From Candidatus Pacearchaeota archaeon (GTDB lineage Archaea > Nanobdellota > Nanobdellia > Pacearchaeales > GW2011-AR1), in contig JAGLQO010000001.1 of NCBI GenBank assembly GCA_023136775.1, positions 47,488 to 111,487 on the forward strand: 64,000 nucleotides of DNA, in the 5' to 3' direction. A program made the translations under genes and the position numbers. This document shows, in pieces, positions 8,804-17,450 of the stretch. Under the pieces are notes generated by a model. The model made no database searches, was not told the DNA's origin, and saw only the letters and a program-made list of their open reading frames with translations. How positions within the stretch are numbered: position 1 is the first letter of the stretch; every line of letters begins with the position of its first letter.

Positions 8804-10027
8804 TTAGAAGAATCTTATAGCTCGAACTTTATTTAAATGAAATTTTATGTCGGTGAATGGATAATTCCCGCTGGATTTTTTAGCCCATGTATGGTACGAA
8901 CTATATTCTGACGAACTCCAATAATAATCGTTAGCAAATTCTCCAAATCCTTGAAGAAAAAGATTTTCAAACATTAAATTAAGTTCATTCTTTGAAGGAA
9001 GAAACCAATCTTCATATTCATTATATGCTAATCTATCACATAGTGATGCCGCATTATCTGAGTTTATGCTTGGAGCAGATGCGATTAAAACTGTGTTATA
9101 TTTTCCGGATCCAACCTCTACAGTAGTTTCCTCTATGAATGTCCCATAGCTTCCCCATTCCTTAGAAGTCCATTCTGTTTCTATGGGTGCCGCTTCCAAA
9201 TAGGTCCATTCAAACTCATTTGCTTCATCAATATAAAAGATCCATCCTCCTGCAGGGCCAATATCTCCAATTTGATATATGGGGTCTATTATCAAATTCA
9301 TAATATTCTCAATTATCCTTTCTCTGGAATTATCCTCAGCCATATAACTTTCAATAAAATCGTGATTTGTGTCTTCATGACTTTCACTGTTAATTTCATT
9401 TCCAGGAAGAGTATATGGGTCTACATAAGTTCTGATTAAATTGATAACCGTATCATTAGTGAGTGTTACGTAGTCCCCATTTCCCCCGACATAATTATCA
9501 GGATTGCCAACAGAAACAATGTGAAAGTTTTCATTAGAAAGAATTTGATGAGTTTCATTGGCATAAAAATTCCCCTGAGAATGTGAGACCTCAATAACGA
9601 TTCTACCTTCATCTAATTCTTTTTGGATGATTTCTATATGACCAGCTAGGTCCTCATCTACAATGTAGGTACTCCCGTCTATATTTATTTCATTTTTTTG
9701 AATCTGTCCCATAAGTACAGAGTAAAGAACATTTTTAAGAAGTGAAGGTTCTTCTAATATTCTATCCAGAAATCCTTCTTGTTCTGCAACTTGAGCTACC
9801 TGAGTAAATGCGTTTTCATTGTGATTATAGAGAATATCATATTTAATATCAATGCCAGGAGATAGTTCTGAATTTATTCTCCTCTCTATTTCTTTTTTTG
9901 CGGCGTTAGCCTTTGCAGGAGATGTAAACATTCCATTTGCGAAGAATATAGCAAACTTTTTCTCTTCAGCTCCAATGTTTGCATATATAGACAATATAAC
10001 TATTAATAATAAAATTAGTTTTTTCAT
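8804..10027 (-). CDS. secreted alpha/beta-hydrolase-like protein with DUF1566-like C-terminal domain
   Basis: signal peptide; SHSQGN nucleophile-elbow-like motif; C-terminus WFLPSKNELNLM...YYWSSSE...VRAIRFF resembles the DUF1566/Lcl C-terminal domain. Confidence 0.6.
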   Translation of the reverse strand: MKKLILLLIVILSIYANIGAEEKKFAIFFANGMFTSPAKANAAKKEIERRINSELSPGIDIKYDILYNHNENAFTQVAQVAEQEGFLDRILEEPSLLKNVLYSVLMGQIQKNEINIDGSTYIVDEDLAGHIEIIQKELDEGRIVIEVSHSQGNFYANETHQILSNENFHIVSVGNPDNYVGGNGDYVTLTNDTVINLIRTYVDPYTLPGNEINSESHEDTNHDFIESYMAEDNSRERIIENIMNLIIDPIYQIGDIGPAGGWIFYIDEANEFEWTYLEAAPIETEWTSKEWGSYGTFIEETTVEVGSGKYNTVLIASAPSINSDNAASLCDRLAYNEYEDWFLPSKNELNLMFENLFLQGFGEFANDYYWSSSEYSSYHTWAKKSSGNYPFTDIKFHLNKVRAIRFF

Positions 10028-10039
10028 AAATTCCCCCTA

Positions 10040-10579
10040 TTATCTGTTCGAATATTTTTCACACGCTACAGCAATTTCATTAGCCGTTAATGTGTTGGGT
10101 GTTCTTTTGTTGTATAGACTATAAGCCCTGCTAGCGGCGATAAGCCTATCCCCTGTATTTAAGAGAATTCCTTCCATTTTTGTTATTATATCATAAGCAT
10201 TATCAGGATCCTCAGCATATAGGCAATCTACAGTTATATCTGAACTAAAATCTGCAATAATTTCTTCTTCCATATTCTTAAGTTCTTCATCCGATACCAT
10301 GTATTTTTGGACGTTTTTTGCATAATCTGTTAATATTGCCTGCGCAGTTTTACTTTCAATTTCTTGTGCAATGAATCTTTGAGGATCATCCCGAACTCCG
10401 TCATTATCAGAATCAATTCCTCCTACTGTTTCTAATCCCTCTTCTCCTGGGTCTGGGGGAAGCCCTTCTGGTGTTGTATCGTTTGGAATTATGTCCGTGG
10501 CATTGTTTCGACAAGAAGTCAGTGCTATTGCCGATGCAATTAAAATCACTGCAATTAGAATCATGTAAATCTTTTTCAT
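10040..10579 (-). CDS. putative lipoprotein
   Basis: GGGAGA RBS; signal peptide ending LTSC; acidic mature part. Confidence 0.6.
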   Translation of the reverse strand: MKKIYMILIAVILIASAIALTSCRNNATDIIPNDTTPEGLPPDPGEEGLETVGGIDSDNDGVRDDPQRFIAQEIESKTAQAILTDYAKNVQKYMVSDEELKNMEEEIIADFSSDITVDCLYAEDPDNAYDIITKMEGILLNTGDRLIAASRAYSLYNKRTPNTLTANEIAVACEKYSNR

Positions 10580-10697
10580 TTTGTCTCCCTTAATGAATTG
10601 TTGTTTATTATTAATAAGGCTTTTGTATATTTTATTTTTCTAGTTATTAACTAAACATTAACAATGCAAATTAACAACCAATTATTTTCAAAAGAAA

Positions 10698-10726
10698 GCC
10701 CGATGAAAATAAAATTTTCATCGGGC
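10698..10726 (-). terminator. hairpin terminator, GCCCGATGAAAA family
   Basis: GCCCGATGAAAA-TAAAA-TTTTCATCGGGC followed by TTTCTTTTG. Confidence 0.65.
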
Positions 10727-10746
10727 ATGAGAATTGTTTTTTTAAA

Positions 10747-11598
10747 TTACCAGCCTATTTTTATCGAAGCTCCTAAGAGACCGTAGTTCTCTGCTTTTTC
10801 TGTCATTATGTAGGTCCCAGAGTATGAACTTGTCAGTTCATATTCATATTCATCATGATGAATATAACTGTAATAAACTCCAAAACCTAAAGATAGGCTT
10901 TTTATGTACCACATTTTGTCTATTGCGATTTTAAACCCAAGTCCATTTTCACCTTCTCGTTCATTATTGTATATATCTCCTGTGTTCCTGTCGGTGAATT
11001 TAATATCATGCATAATATTTCCCAAAAGAAGGGCTTCTGTTCTGAGATTGAACGTAGAGGATAAGTTTCCGTTTTTTATTTTGCTACTTTCTATAATAAC
11101 CCCAATAGCTATATAGGAGTTTTTACTGATGAGGTTTATATCACACTCCTCATGTACAAACGAGTAATTTTGATTGTACATTCCAATACCTGCGAAGGGT
11201 ATGAAAAATGTAGCAGTCCTGTCGTCGGAAATTTTATTTGCACTCATCCGAACTCTTGGGCCCAGAATAATATCAGTATCGAAAATTAGCGCTTTGGCAT
11301 CAAATAAATATTCATATTCTAATTCTATATTATCGGCATAATATAAATTACCCCTTGCATTAATAAGAAAAGATTCTGACAAAAGAAATTTCCCCTCAAG
11401 GTTTAAATTTGATGCCTGGGCGTTTGCCGCTTCCTGGGTTTCATCTTCAAATTCTATTGTGTATTCGAGTGCAGAAATTCCAACTCCTGCTGTCATTTTG
11501 AATACCGGTGAATCCACATTTCTTTCTTTGGCGGCTAATGAGCCTGCAGTAACTGTAAATAAAACTAATGTGATAATGAGAATTGTTAGTTTCTTCAT
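10747..11598 (-). CDS. outer-membrane beta-barrel-like protein
   Basis: signal peptide (SLAAKE), alternating hydrophobic pattern, C-terminal ...SIKIGW. Confidence 0.6.
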   Translation of the reverse strand: MKKLTILIITLVLFTVTAGSLAAKERNVDSPVFKMTAGVGISALEYTIEFEDETQEAANAQASNLNLEGKFLLSESFLINARGNLYYADNIELEYEYLFDAKALIFDTDIILGPRVRMSANKISDDRTATFFIPFAGIGMYNQNYSFVHEECDINLISKNSYIAIGVIIESSKIKNGNLSSTFNLRTEALLLGNIMHDIKFTDRNTGDIYNNEREGENGLGFKIAIDKMWYIKSLSLGFGVYYSYIHHDEYEYELTSSYSGTYIMTEKAENYGLLGASIKIGW

Positions 11599-11680
11599 AA
11601 GAAACTCCTTGAAATAAATTTACACTTCCATGCGGAAATGTATTATATAATCACTAATTTAATGGCTTGTTGTTTTCTAA
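11599..11680 (-). promoter_or_regulatory. conserved promoter/5' leader cassette (copy 2)
   Basis: CCATTAAATTAG - ATTATATAATA - hairpin ACATTTCCGCATGGAAGTGT - CAAGGAG - ATG. Confidence 0.55.
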
Positions 11681-11712
11681 AGTTTTAAATAATTATAACC
11701 ATAACTATAATC

Positions 11713-12123
11713 ATGACAAGGGAGATAGTTAAAAGTTCCATTTATTTCAAATGGGCAGCAATTATTGGCGTACCAATGGGAATTGTTGTTTTTGCTACAT
11801 TGCTTCCTCTTTTTTTATTATATGGAAATGGTTCTATGCAAATAAGAATTGCTTCTGTAATTTTAGCAATTGGATATTTTATTATATTGAAAATTTCTTT
11901 GAAGAAATTTAAGGCTTGTTATCCATTTAGTACTCCTGTTTGGTTCAGCGATTTAGTTGGGTTTATTGTGCTTTTGCTCGGTGTTGGTCTTCCAAGTATT
12001 ATCGCAAAATCATTTATTTCTTTTGAGCTTTTTATTTCAGTCGCACTTTTTTCATATGCTGCAAGAAGATTTTATTCGAAGAGAGTTAGGGAATTATCTC
12101 AATTAAAGCCCGATGCAAAGTAA
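11713..12123 (+). CDS. membrane protein (only plus-strand gene in the left half)
   Basis: 136-aa ORF with 4 hydrophobic segments; no clear RBS. Confidence 0.4.
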   Translation: MTREIVKSSIYFKWAAIIGVPMGIVVFATLLPLFLLYGNGSMQIRIASVILAIGYFIILKISLKKFKACYPFSTPVWFSDLVGFIVLLLGVGLPSIIAKSFISFELFISVALFSYAARRFYSKRVRELSQLKPDAK

Positions 12124-12168
12124 AAAACAATGCACCGAGCTATACTTTCATTTTTTAAATAATTAGTA

Positions 12169-13323
12169 TCATAATGTGAAAGAGAGGATGTTTATTCTTT
12201 CATCATCCCCTATAACTCCACTATAACTATATGCTTCGTTTTCAATTTGAATCATGACTCCATAATACGTTGGAGAAATTCCAGAGTAATGATGGATATA
12301 AATAGTGTATTCTCCATTTGGAGCAGTCCCTTCTGCCCAGAAAATGTTTTCAGGACCATAGCCATCGGTGTCGTCGTAATCTAAGATCCCTCCATCTTCT
12401 GACCGATTACTATACCAAATATGTCCATTTGGGGTCAACATATGTAAGTCTATATCAGCAGTAGTATCCCACGTTAACGTCACTTTGATATCGCCTTCAC
12501 CTCCTCCACTAACTAAAGCTCCTTCGGCAAGTTGTATTTCGTCTTCGCGTTCTTCTTCCCATAGGGTTCCAGCTATTGAAACTGCACTTGCAACGGTAGA
12601 AATTCCAGATGTTTCTACATTAAGTGCAGTATGTGCAAGGAATAAAGCTCCACTGACAGCAGGGTCATCTATAATCAAACCTGCTAAAGAAATAAGTGCT
12701 CCTCCACAATATTTTATAGCTGCCATTCCAGCTGCAGGAGCTACGGGAGTAAACGTAGCTGCTATTGATGCTCCACAAAGAAATGAATCTATCGCAAATG
12801 TTCCAATTGCTAAAGTAGTACTTATGTCTGAGAATGCTATTCTAGCGGTATTTCTTGAAACCTCAGCATCAGCTATCAGATTTTGCATCATTGCAAAAGC
12901 ATCAGCATCTATTGGAACATCGCGATGAATTTCCATGTTGCCTTCAATATCGAAAATAACAAAATCGAATTTACCTCCTACAACATTTTCAATAACGATT
13001 GTTCCAAAGTTGCCTGATATTCTGCTTGGCCAACCGTTTTCTCCAAAAGTCATTACGACCTCAGTACCTTCATAGTCATTAAAATAGGTAACCTTATTGT
13101 CTTTGAAGAAAAGTCTTTCATTGGCTTCATTCATGCTGTATAGTACAATTTCGCCGGTGTCGTATTCGTATGCTGCGAAACCTTGATCTGCAAGTTCTTG
13201 TGCAAGTTCTTCTTTGGATGCCGATTCCGGAATTTCCGTTGGATCTGGTCCTACTGTAGGCTTACATCCTCCAATCACCATCACCATCAAAACAATCATG
13301 AGAATTATTAGTATCTTTTTCAT
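12169..13323 (-). CDS. lipoprotein with DUF2135-like C-terminal domain
   Basis: start ATG 13323 behind AAGGAG; lipobox IGGC; C-terminus VTLTWDTTADIDLHMLTPNG...LDYDDTDGYGPENIFW resembles the YfaP/DUF2135 fold. Confidence 0.6.
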   Translation of the reverse strand: MKKILIILMIVLMVMVIGGCKPTVGPDPTEIPESASKEELAQELADQGFAAYEYDTGEIVLYSMNEANERLFFKDNKVTYFNDYEGTEVVMTFGENGWPSRISGNFGTIVIENVVGGKFDFVIFDIEGNMEIHRDVPIDADAFAMMQNLIADAEVSRNTARIAFSDISTTLAIGTFAIDSFLCGASIAATFTPVAPAAGMAAIKYCGGALISLAGLIIDDPAVSGALFLAHTALNVETSGISTVASAVSIAGTLWEEEREDEIQLAEGALVSGGGEGDIKVTLTWDTTADIDLHMLTPNGHIWYSNRSEDGGILDYDDTDGYGPENIFWAEGTAPNGEYTIYIHHYSGISPTYYGVMIQIENEAYSYSGVIGDDERINILSFTL

Positions 13324-13400
13324 AGACACTCCTTAAAATAAATTTACATTTCTATACGGAAATGTATTATATGTAATCGCCAATTTAATGGTTTATTATT
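13324..13400 (-). promoter_or_regulatory. conserved promoter/5' leader cassette (copy 3)
   Basis: CCATTAAATTGG - ACATATAATA - hairpin ACATTTC-CGTATA-GAAATGT - TAAGGAG - ATG. Confidence 0.55.
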
Positions 13401-13410
13401 TTCAAAGAAA

Positions 13411-13439
13411 GCCCGATGAAAACAAGTTTTTCATCGGGC
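13411..13439 (-). terminator. hairpin terminator, GCCCGATGAAAA family
   Basis: GCCCGATGAAAA-CAAGT-TTTTCATCGGGC followed by TTTCTTTG. Confidence 0.65.
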
Positions 13440-13470
13440 ATGAGAATTGTTTTTTTAAATAGTGAGAGAT

Positions 13471-14013
13471 TTAGAATTTTTGTCCGAATCCTATATTGAA
13501 TGTCGGAAGGGAGAGTTTTCCGAAATAGTCGGTGTCTGCAATTGATTTTCCAATTGTAATTGTGAAGATGCCTCCATCGGGACCCATGTATTGGTAGCCA
13601 AATGAAAGGGAGAATCCAATGATATCTTCTTGCACAAAACATTCCTCTCCATCTGTGTATAGCCATGCAGCCTGAACTCCTATAAATCCGTATGTTGTTT
13701 CTATGACGATTCGATGATTGTCTCCCATGTATATGCGGGAACCAATAACAGTTCCGTTTGAGGATTCTGTTTCACCTATTCCGTCTATAGAGATTGATGG
13801 GAAATATCCTGCTCCTATGAAAATAGAGCTGCTTAAAAATTCATTATGGAAAAAGAATTCTCCCATAATTCCGTATCCGGCAAATGCATTTCCGTAACCT
13901 AATTCAATAGCGAAACCAGATGTTTTGTGTTTGTCTTCTATTGCTGCTTCTTCGGCAAAAAGACCTCCTATGGTTACCATAATCATGATAATGAGAATTG
14001 TTAGTTTCTTCAT
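13471..14013 (-). CDS. small outer-membrane beta-barrel-like protein
   Basis: signal peptide, Gly/aromatic beta pattern, C-terminal ...GFGQKF. Confidence 0.65.
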   Translation of the reverse strand: MKKLTILIIMIMVTIGGLFAEEAAIEDKHKTSGFAIELGYGNAFAGYGIMGEFFFHNEFLSSSIFIGAGYFPSISIDGIGETESSNGTVIGSRIYMGDNHRIVIETTYGFIGVQAAWLYTDGEECFVQEDIIGFSLSFGYQYMGPDGGIFTITIGKSIADTDYFGKLSLPTFNIGFGQKF

Positions 14014-14095
14014 AAGAAACTCCTTAAAATAAGTTTACACTTCAATACAGAAATGTGTTATATATAATTACCAATTTAATGGTTTGTTATTTTCT
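14014..14095 (-). promoter_or_regulatory. conserved promoter/5' leader cassette (copy 4)
   Basis: CCATTAAATTGG - ATTATATATAACA - hairpin - TAAGGAG - ATG. Confidence 0.55.
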
Positions 14096-14156
14096 AAAGA
14101 AGTCAAAGCTAAGTTTTGAACTGTAATAGCTTTGACTTTAGGAATTGATTTTGAAA

Positions 14157-14705
14157 TCAAGTTATTTCTTTTTTTCTTTCGCAGATGCTTCCTGCGATGA
14201 TTCCAAATAATAGTCCTAGAGATAATCCGCCGCAAAATCCTATTATGGAACTGGCTAGAAGATAATGGAAAGATTTGACTATAAATATTCCCGCTAATCC
14301 GAATGTGAGTGTTGCTGTGATTCCAAAGAAGATTCCGCTTACAAGTCCAAGTCCAAGATAGCCTATGATTCCTACTTCGTTGTTGCAATATCCTTTTAGA
14401 TTGTTCATTCCGCCTTTTCTCCAGGAATGAAAACAGATTGTGGTTGTCGAGATAAAGAGATATTCCCCTACAAAGTTTAATATTATTTGGAGCTGAGATA
14501 TTGAAGTTAGATCTTTTTTGGATAATAATCCCAACTCGTTTATTTTCCAGCAGTCCATGGTAAATAGAATGAAGGCGAGAGAAAATGTTAATGAAATAAT
14601 GGTTATGGCTAATCTTACTGCACTTTTCCAGCCATTATTTATGATGTCGTTAACCATTACCATAACTACGACAGTGATAATTGCAATTGGTAATATATTT
14701 ACCAT
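14157..14705 (-). CDS. multi-pass membrane protein, paralogue family 1
   Basis: start at MVNILPIAII behind AAAGGAGAAG; motif SWRKGGMNNLK. Confidence 0.6.
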   Translation of the reverse strand: MVNILPIAIITVVVMVMVNDIINNGWKSAVRLAITIISLTFSLAFILFTMDCWKINELGLLSKKDLTSISQLQIILNFVGEYLFISTTTICFHSWRKGGMNNLKGYCNNEVGIIGYLGLGLVSGIFFGITATLTFGLAGIFIVKSFHYLLASSIIGFCGGLSLGLLFGIIAGSICERKKEIT

Positions 14706-14799
14706 AAGTTCTTCTCCTTTTAAGAATAATTGAATAGGCATGATTGGATTTGTGTCGATTATTTAGGTATTGTTTCCAAGAGTGTATGTTTAAAGAAAA

Positions 14800-14827
14800 G
14801 AACAGTCAGTCATTTGACTGACTGTTC
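14800..14827 (-). terminator. hairpin terminator (GAACAGTCAGTCA family)
   Basis: GAACAGTCAGTCA-TT-TGACTGACTGTTC; a near-identical copy lies at 15967. Confidence 0.6.
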
Positions 14828-14835
14828 TAATAAAT

Positions 14836-15867
14836 TTATTCTAATGCAGCTTTACCAAATGGTCCGTATAGTTGAATCATTTCGTCATAAACTGGTTTGC
14901 CGACAAGGAATTCGTAAATTTCATCGGCTTTTTTACCTGGGTCGATATCGGCAAAAGAATCAGGATATAGAACTTTTCCGATGTAGTAAGCATTGGCAAG
15001 GACCGTTCCGTAGTTAGTGGTATACCAGTTGTAAGGAAGAACAAAATAAAGCTCATCATTTCTAACGGCTTTCATTAATTTTAATACTGGTTTGTTTTTG
15101 AAGTCTTCCATTACAAGATTATACCCATTGTAGTCAATGAATATTTTGTCGGCATTCCAAATAAGTAGCTGCTCGGGGTCGATGTAAGCATGTTCTGCTT
15201 CGACAGAAGAAGCAACATTGTTAGCATTAACAAATGCAAATGGAGCATAGTCTGGTTCTGTTGAGTCGATTCCGTGAGATCCTCTTTGTGAAACTCCACC
15301 GACGTAAACAGTTTCTTTGCTTTTGTTATTTTTAGTTCGGTCATCAAGATCTTTTATGGTGTCTTCAAAGAATGTTATTACTTCTTCGACTCTGTCTTCT
15401 TTATTTAAGACTTCTCCCATTAATCTTAAGGCAGCGAAAAAAGTTTTTATGTTGTTGTCTAAATCTCCGTAATCAATACAAACTACGGCGCTACCTGTTT
15501 TGTTTTGCATATTATCTGCTATCCTGCTTTCATTCATGTATGTAGTAAATATTACTTCTGGGTTTAGAGCAGCAATGGCTTCTGGGTCATTTCCCCTGAG
15601 TCCTATTGTCGGGAGTTTAAGCAGTTCGGGATGAGCAAAGGTATACGGTCTTCCACCTCTGGCAAACATTTCTTCGATACCGATAAGTAAGTCAGTAGCT
15701 TGGAGATAAACTAACAATCGAAGTGTCCCGGAATTTATCCCAATTATGCTGGTTACGTTGTCGGGTACGGTTACATTTCGATCTCTCATGTCAGTGATTT
15801 CGGCAGCACTCACCGAGAGACTTGTTATTAGCATTATTAAGATTATTAAAATTAGTAATTTTTTCAT
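14836..15867 (-). CDS. ABC transporter substrate-binding protein (Fe-siderophore/cobalamin type)
   Basis: start at MKKLLILIIL behind TAAGGAGAAC; cleavable signal peptide without lipobox; the pattern RNVTVPDNVTSIIGINSGTLRLLVYLQATDLLIGIEE is typical of FhuD/BtuF-class binding proteins. Confidence 0.75.
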   Translation of the reverse strand: MKKLLILIILIMLITSLSVSAAEITDMRDRNVTVPDNVTSIIGINSGTLRLLVYLQATDLLIGIEEMFARGGRPYTFAHPELLKLPTIGLRGNDPEAIAALNPEVIFTTYMNESRIADNMQNKTGSAVVCIDYGDLDNNIKTFFAALRLMGEVLNKEDRVEEVITFFEDTIKDLDDRTKNNKSKETVYVGGVSQRGSHGIDSTEPDYAPFAFVNANNVASSVEAEHAYIDPEQLLIWNADKIFIDYNGYNLVMEDFKNKPVLKLMKAVRNDELYFVLPYNWYTTNYGTVLANAYYIGKVLYPDSFADIDPGKKADEIYEFLVGKPVYDEMIQLYGPFGKAALE

Positions 15868-15966
15868 AAAGTTCTCCTTATGAATAGTTCGCATCCGATG
15901 ATGGATGTTGGCATGAGTTTTGCCAGACTTGTTATGCAATTAGTTTATTGATTCTGTAAGATAAAA

Positions 15967-15994
15967 GAACAGTCAGTCAAATGACTGACCGTTC
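15967..15994 (-). terminator. hairpin terminator (GAACAGTCAGTCA family)
   Basis: GAACAGTCAGTCA-AA-TGACTGACCGTTC. Confidence 0.55.
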
Positions 15995-16001
15995 TGAAAA
16001 T

Positions 16002-16595
16002 TTAATAGCAGTAAGTCCACATCAATGAATATCCGAATCTGGAATCAAATACATCATCTATACTGTTTTTAGTTGTAACTGCATCATAATGTATTTCCGC
16101 CACCAATCCCATTCCATTTACTTTTCCCGTGGTAATTAGAAAAGCTGGACCAACGCTTAAAATACTTAACGAATATTCATTAACAGAATATTTTGCAGTT
16201 CCAATATGTACTCCCATTCCCATTGAAGCCCAGTCCATACCTTTTGCTTTAAAGCTTTTTCCAAATCCCAAAATATTATCAAAAGATATTATATCCATGG
16301 CAGAATAATCTGTTCCGTAGTTGTCCATGATAAAAATTGACTTTGAAAGACTGGTAAATCCGGTGTATCCCCATTTGTCAGTAGCTGGAGCAGAGGCAGA
16401 TACAATCGCTATATCTATATTCACAAGACTGTCATTGTCGCTGTCTTTTATTGAAAGTGAATTAAGTCCCAATCCGCCACCAATTAAACAATGTCTTTTG
16501 GATTTCGTGGGAGCTTCTGTTTCTCCCCCAGCAAAAAGATTTGATGCATTTACATATGTAATCATAATCATAATAAAAATTAGTAATTTTTTCAT
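16002..16595 (-). CDS. secreted beta-barrel-like protein inside the ABC operon
   Basis: start at MKKLLIFIMI behind TAAGGAGAAC; signal peptide; C-terminal ...MWTYCY. Confidence 0.55.
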   Translation of the reverse strand: MKKLLIFIMIMITYVNASNLFAGGETEAPTKSKRHCLIGGGLGLNSLSIKDSDNDSLVNIDIAIVSASAPATDKWGYTGFTSLSKSIFIMDNYGTDYSAMDIISFDNILGFGKSFKAKGMDWASMGMGVHIGTAKYSVNEYSLSILSVGPAFLITTGKVNGMGLVAEIHYDAVTTKNSIDDVFDSRFGYSLMWTYCY

Positions 16596-16681
16596 AAAGT
16601 TCTCCTTATGAATAGTTCGCATCCTATAATGGATGTTGGCATGAGTTTTGCCAGACTTGTTTTTATTTTTTATATTCCCTC

Positions 16682-17449
16682 CTAATGATTATTTGTTTTT
16701 GGAATAACGATTATATCGTTGTTATGTTTTATTAAATCTACCTTAATTTCATATACTGCTTCTACGGTTTTTTCATTGATTACTTCTAGACCTCCCTGTG
16801 TAAAAATTTCCCCTTCTTTCATCATGATTATTTTGTTGCAATATCTCAGAGCAAGGTTTAAATCATGAATTGCTAAAATAACCAACATTCCTTTTTTGGT
16901 TAGTCCTTTCAAGACATTAAGCACTTCTATTTGATGCTTGATGTCTAAACTTGAAGTTGGTTCATCCAGTAGGAGAATATCGGGTTCTTGATTGAGAGCT
17001 CTTCCGATTATGCTTAGTTGTCCTTGTCCTCCGCTAAGTTGATGCATGTTTCTCATTGCGATATCGCCAAGGTTTAACTCTTCAAGGATTGCGGATGTTT
17101 TTTGTAAATCCGTTTCGGTCGGTTTCCATCCTGCGTAAGGTTTTCTTCCCATTAAAACGATATCAAAAATTGTTGTGGTAAAGGTGTAGTATCCACGTTG
17201 AGGAACATAGCCGATTGTTCTCGCAATTTCATTTTGACTCATTGATTTAGTAGAGATGTTGTCTACCTGAACAAGTCCATTTTTGTGGTTCAAGATTTTG
17301 TTGATACATTTTATTAATGTGGTTTTTCCTGAACCGTTGGGGCCGACTACTACTACAAAATCATTTTTATCAGCAGAAAAATTTATTTCTTTGAGGACGG
17401 GGGTTTTGCTATATGAGAACCACAAGTCTTTTACTTTTAATTTTTTCAT
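16682..17449 (-). CDS. ABC transporter ATP-binding protein (FecE/BtuD-like)
   Basis: Walker A GPNGSGKTT, signature LSGGQ, Walker B LLLDEPTS. Confidence 0.9.
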   Translation of the reverse strand: MKKLKVKDLWFSYSKTPVLKEINFSADKNDFVVVVGPNGSGKTTLIKCINKILNHKNGLVQVDNISTKSMSQNEIARTIGYVPQRGYYTFTTTIFDIVLMGRKPYAGWKPTETDLQKTSAILEELNLGDIAMRNMHQLSGGQGQLSIIGRALNQEPDILLLDEPTSSLDIKHQIEVLNVLKGLTKKGMLVILAIHDLNLALRYCNKIIMMKEGEIFTQGGLEVINEKTVEAVYEIKVDLIKHNNDIIVIPKTNNH

Positions 17450-17450
17450 A

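Noticed and set aside
12485-12928. Long antisense ORFs inside well-supported genes (also 17512..17808, 35195..35641, 41845..42159, 42241..42576, 58130..58732 and others)
   Set aside because: They lie opposite CDSs with clear motifs or RBSs. Their Ser/Pro/Ile-rich shadow-frame composition has no start signals.
13324-13400. Reading the conserved cassette as a sigma-70 -35/-10 promoter
   Set aside because: A TATAAT-like box is present, but no TTGACA-like hexamer lies at 16-18 nt spacing; the TTGAAA is about 32 nt away. The same A/T box could equally be an archaeal-type TATA element, so the promoter type is left open.
13385-13666. ORFs spanning intergenic cassettes or tRNA-like genes (13385..13666, 14068..14388, 7267..7497, 20345..20542, 26747..26980)
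   Set aside because: They run through terminators, leader cassettes or tRNA-like genes, or are alternative frames of better-supported genes. Their basic low-complexity translations support this.
15868-15939. N-terminal extensions sharing MRTIHKENF in ORFs 14836..15939 and 16002..16622
   Set aside because: The shared peptide comes from a duplicated untranslated leader. The RBS TAAGGAGAAC sits inside it, directly before the MKKLL signal-peptide starts.
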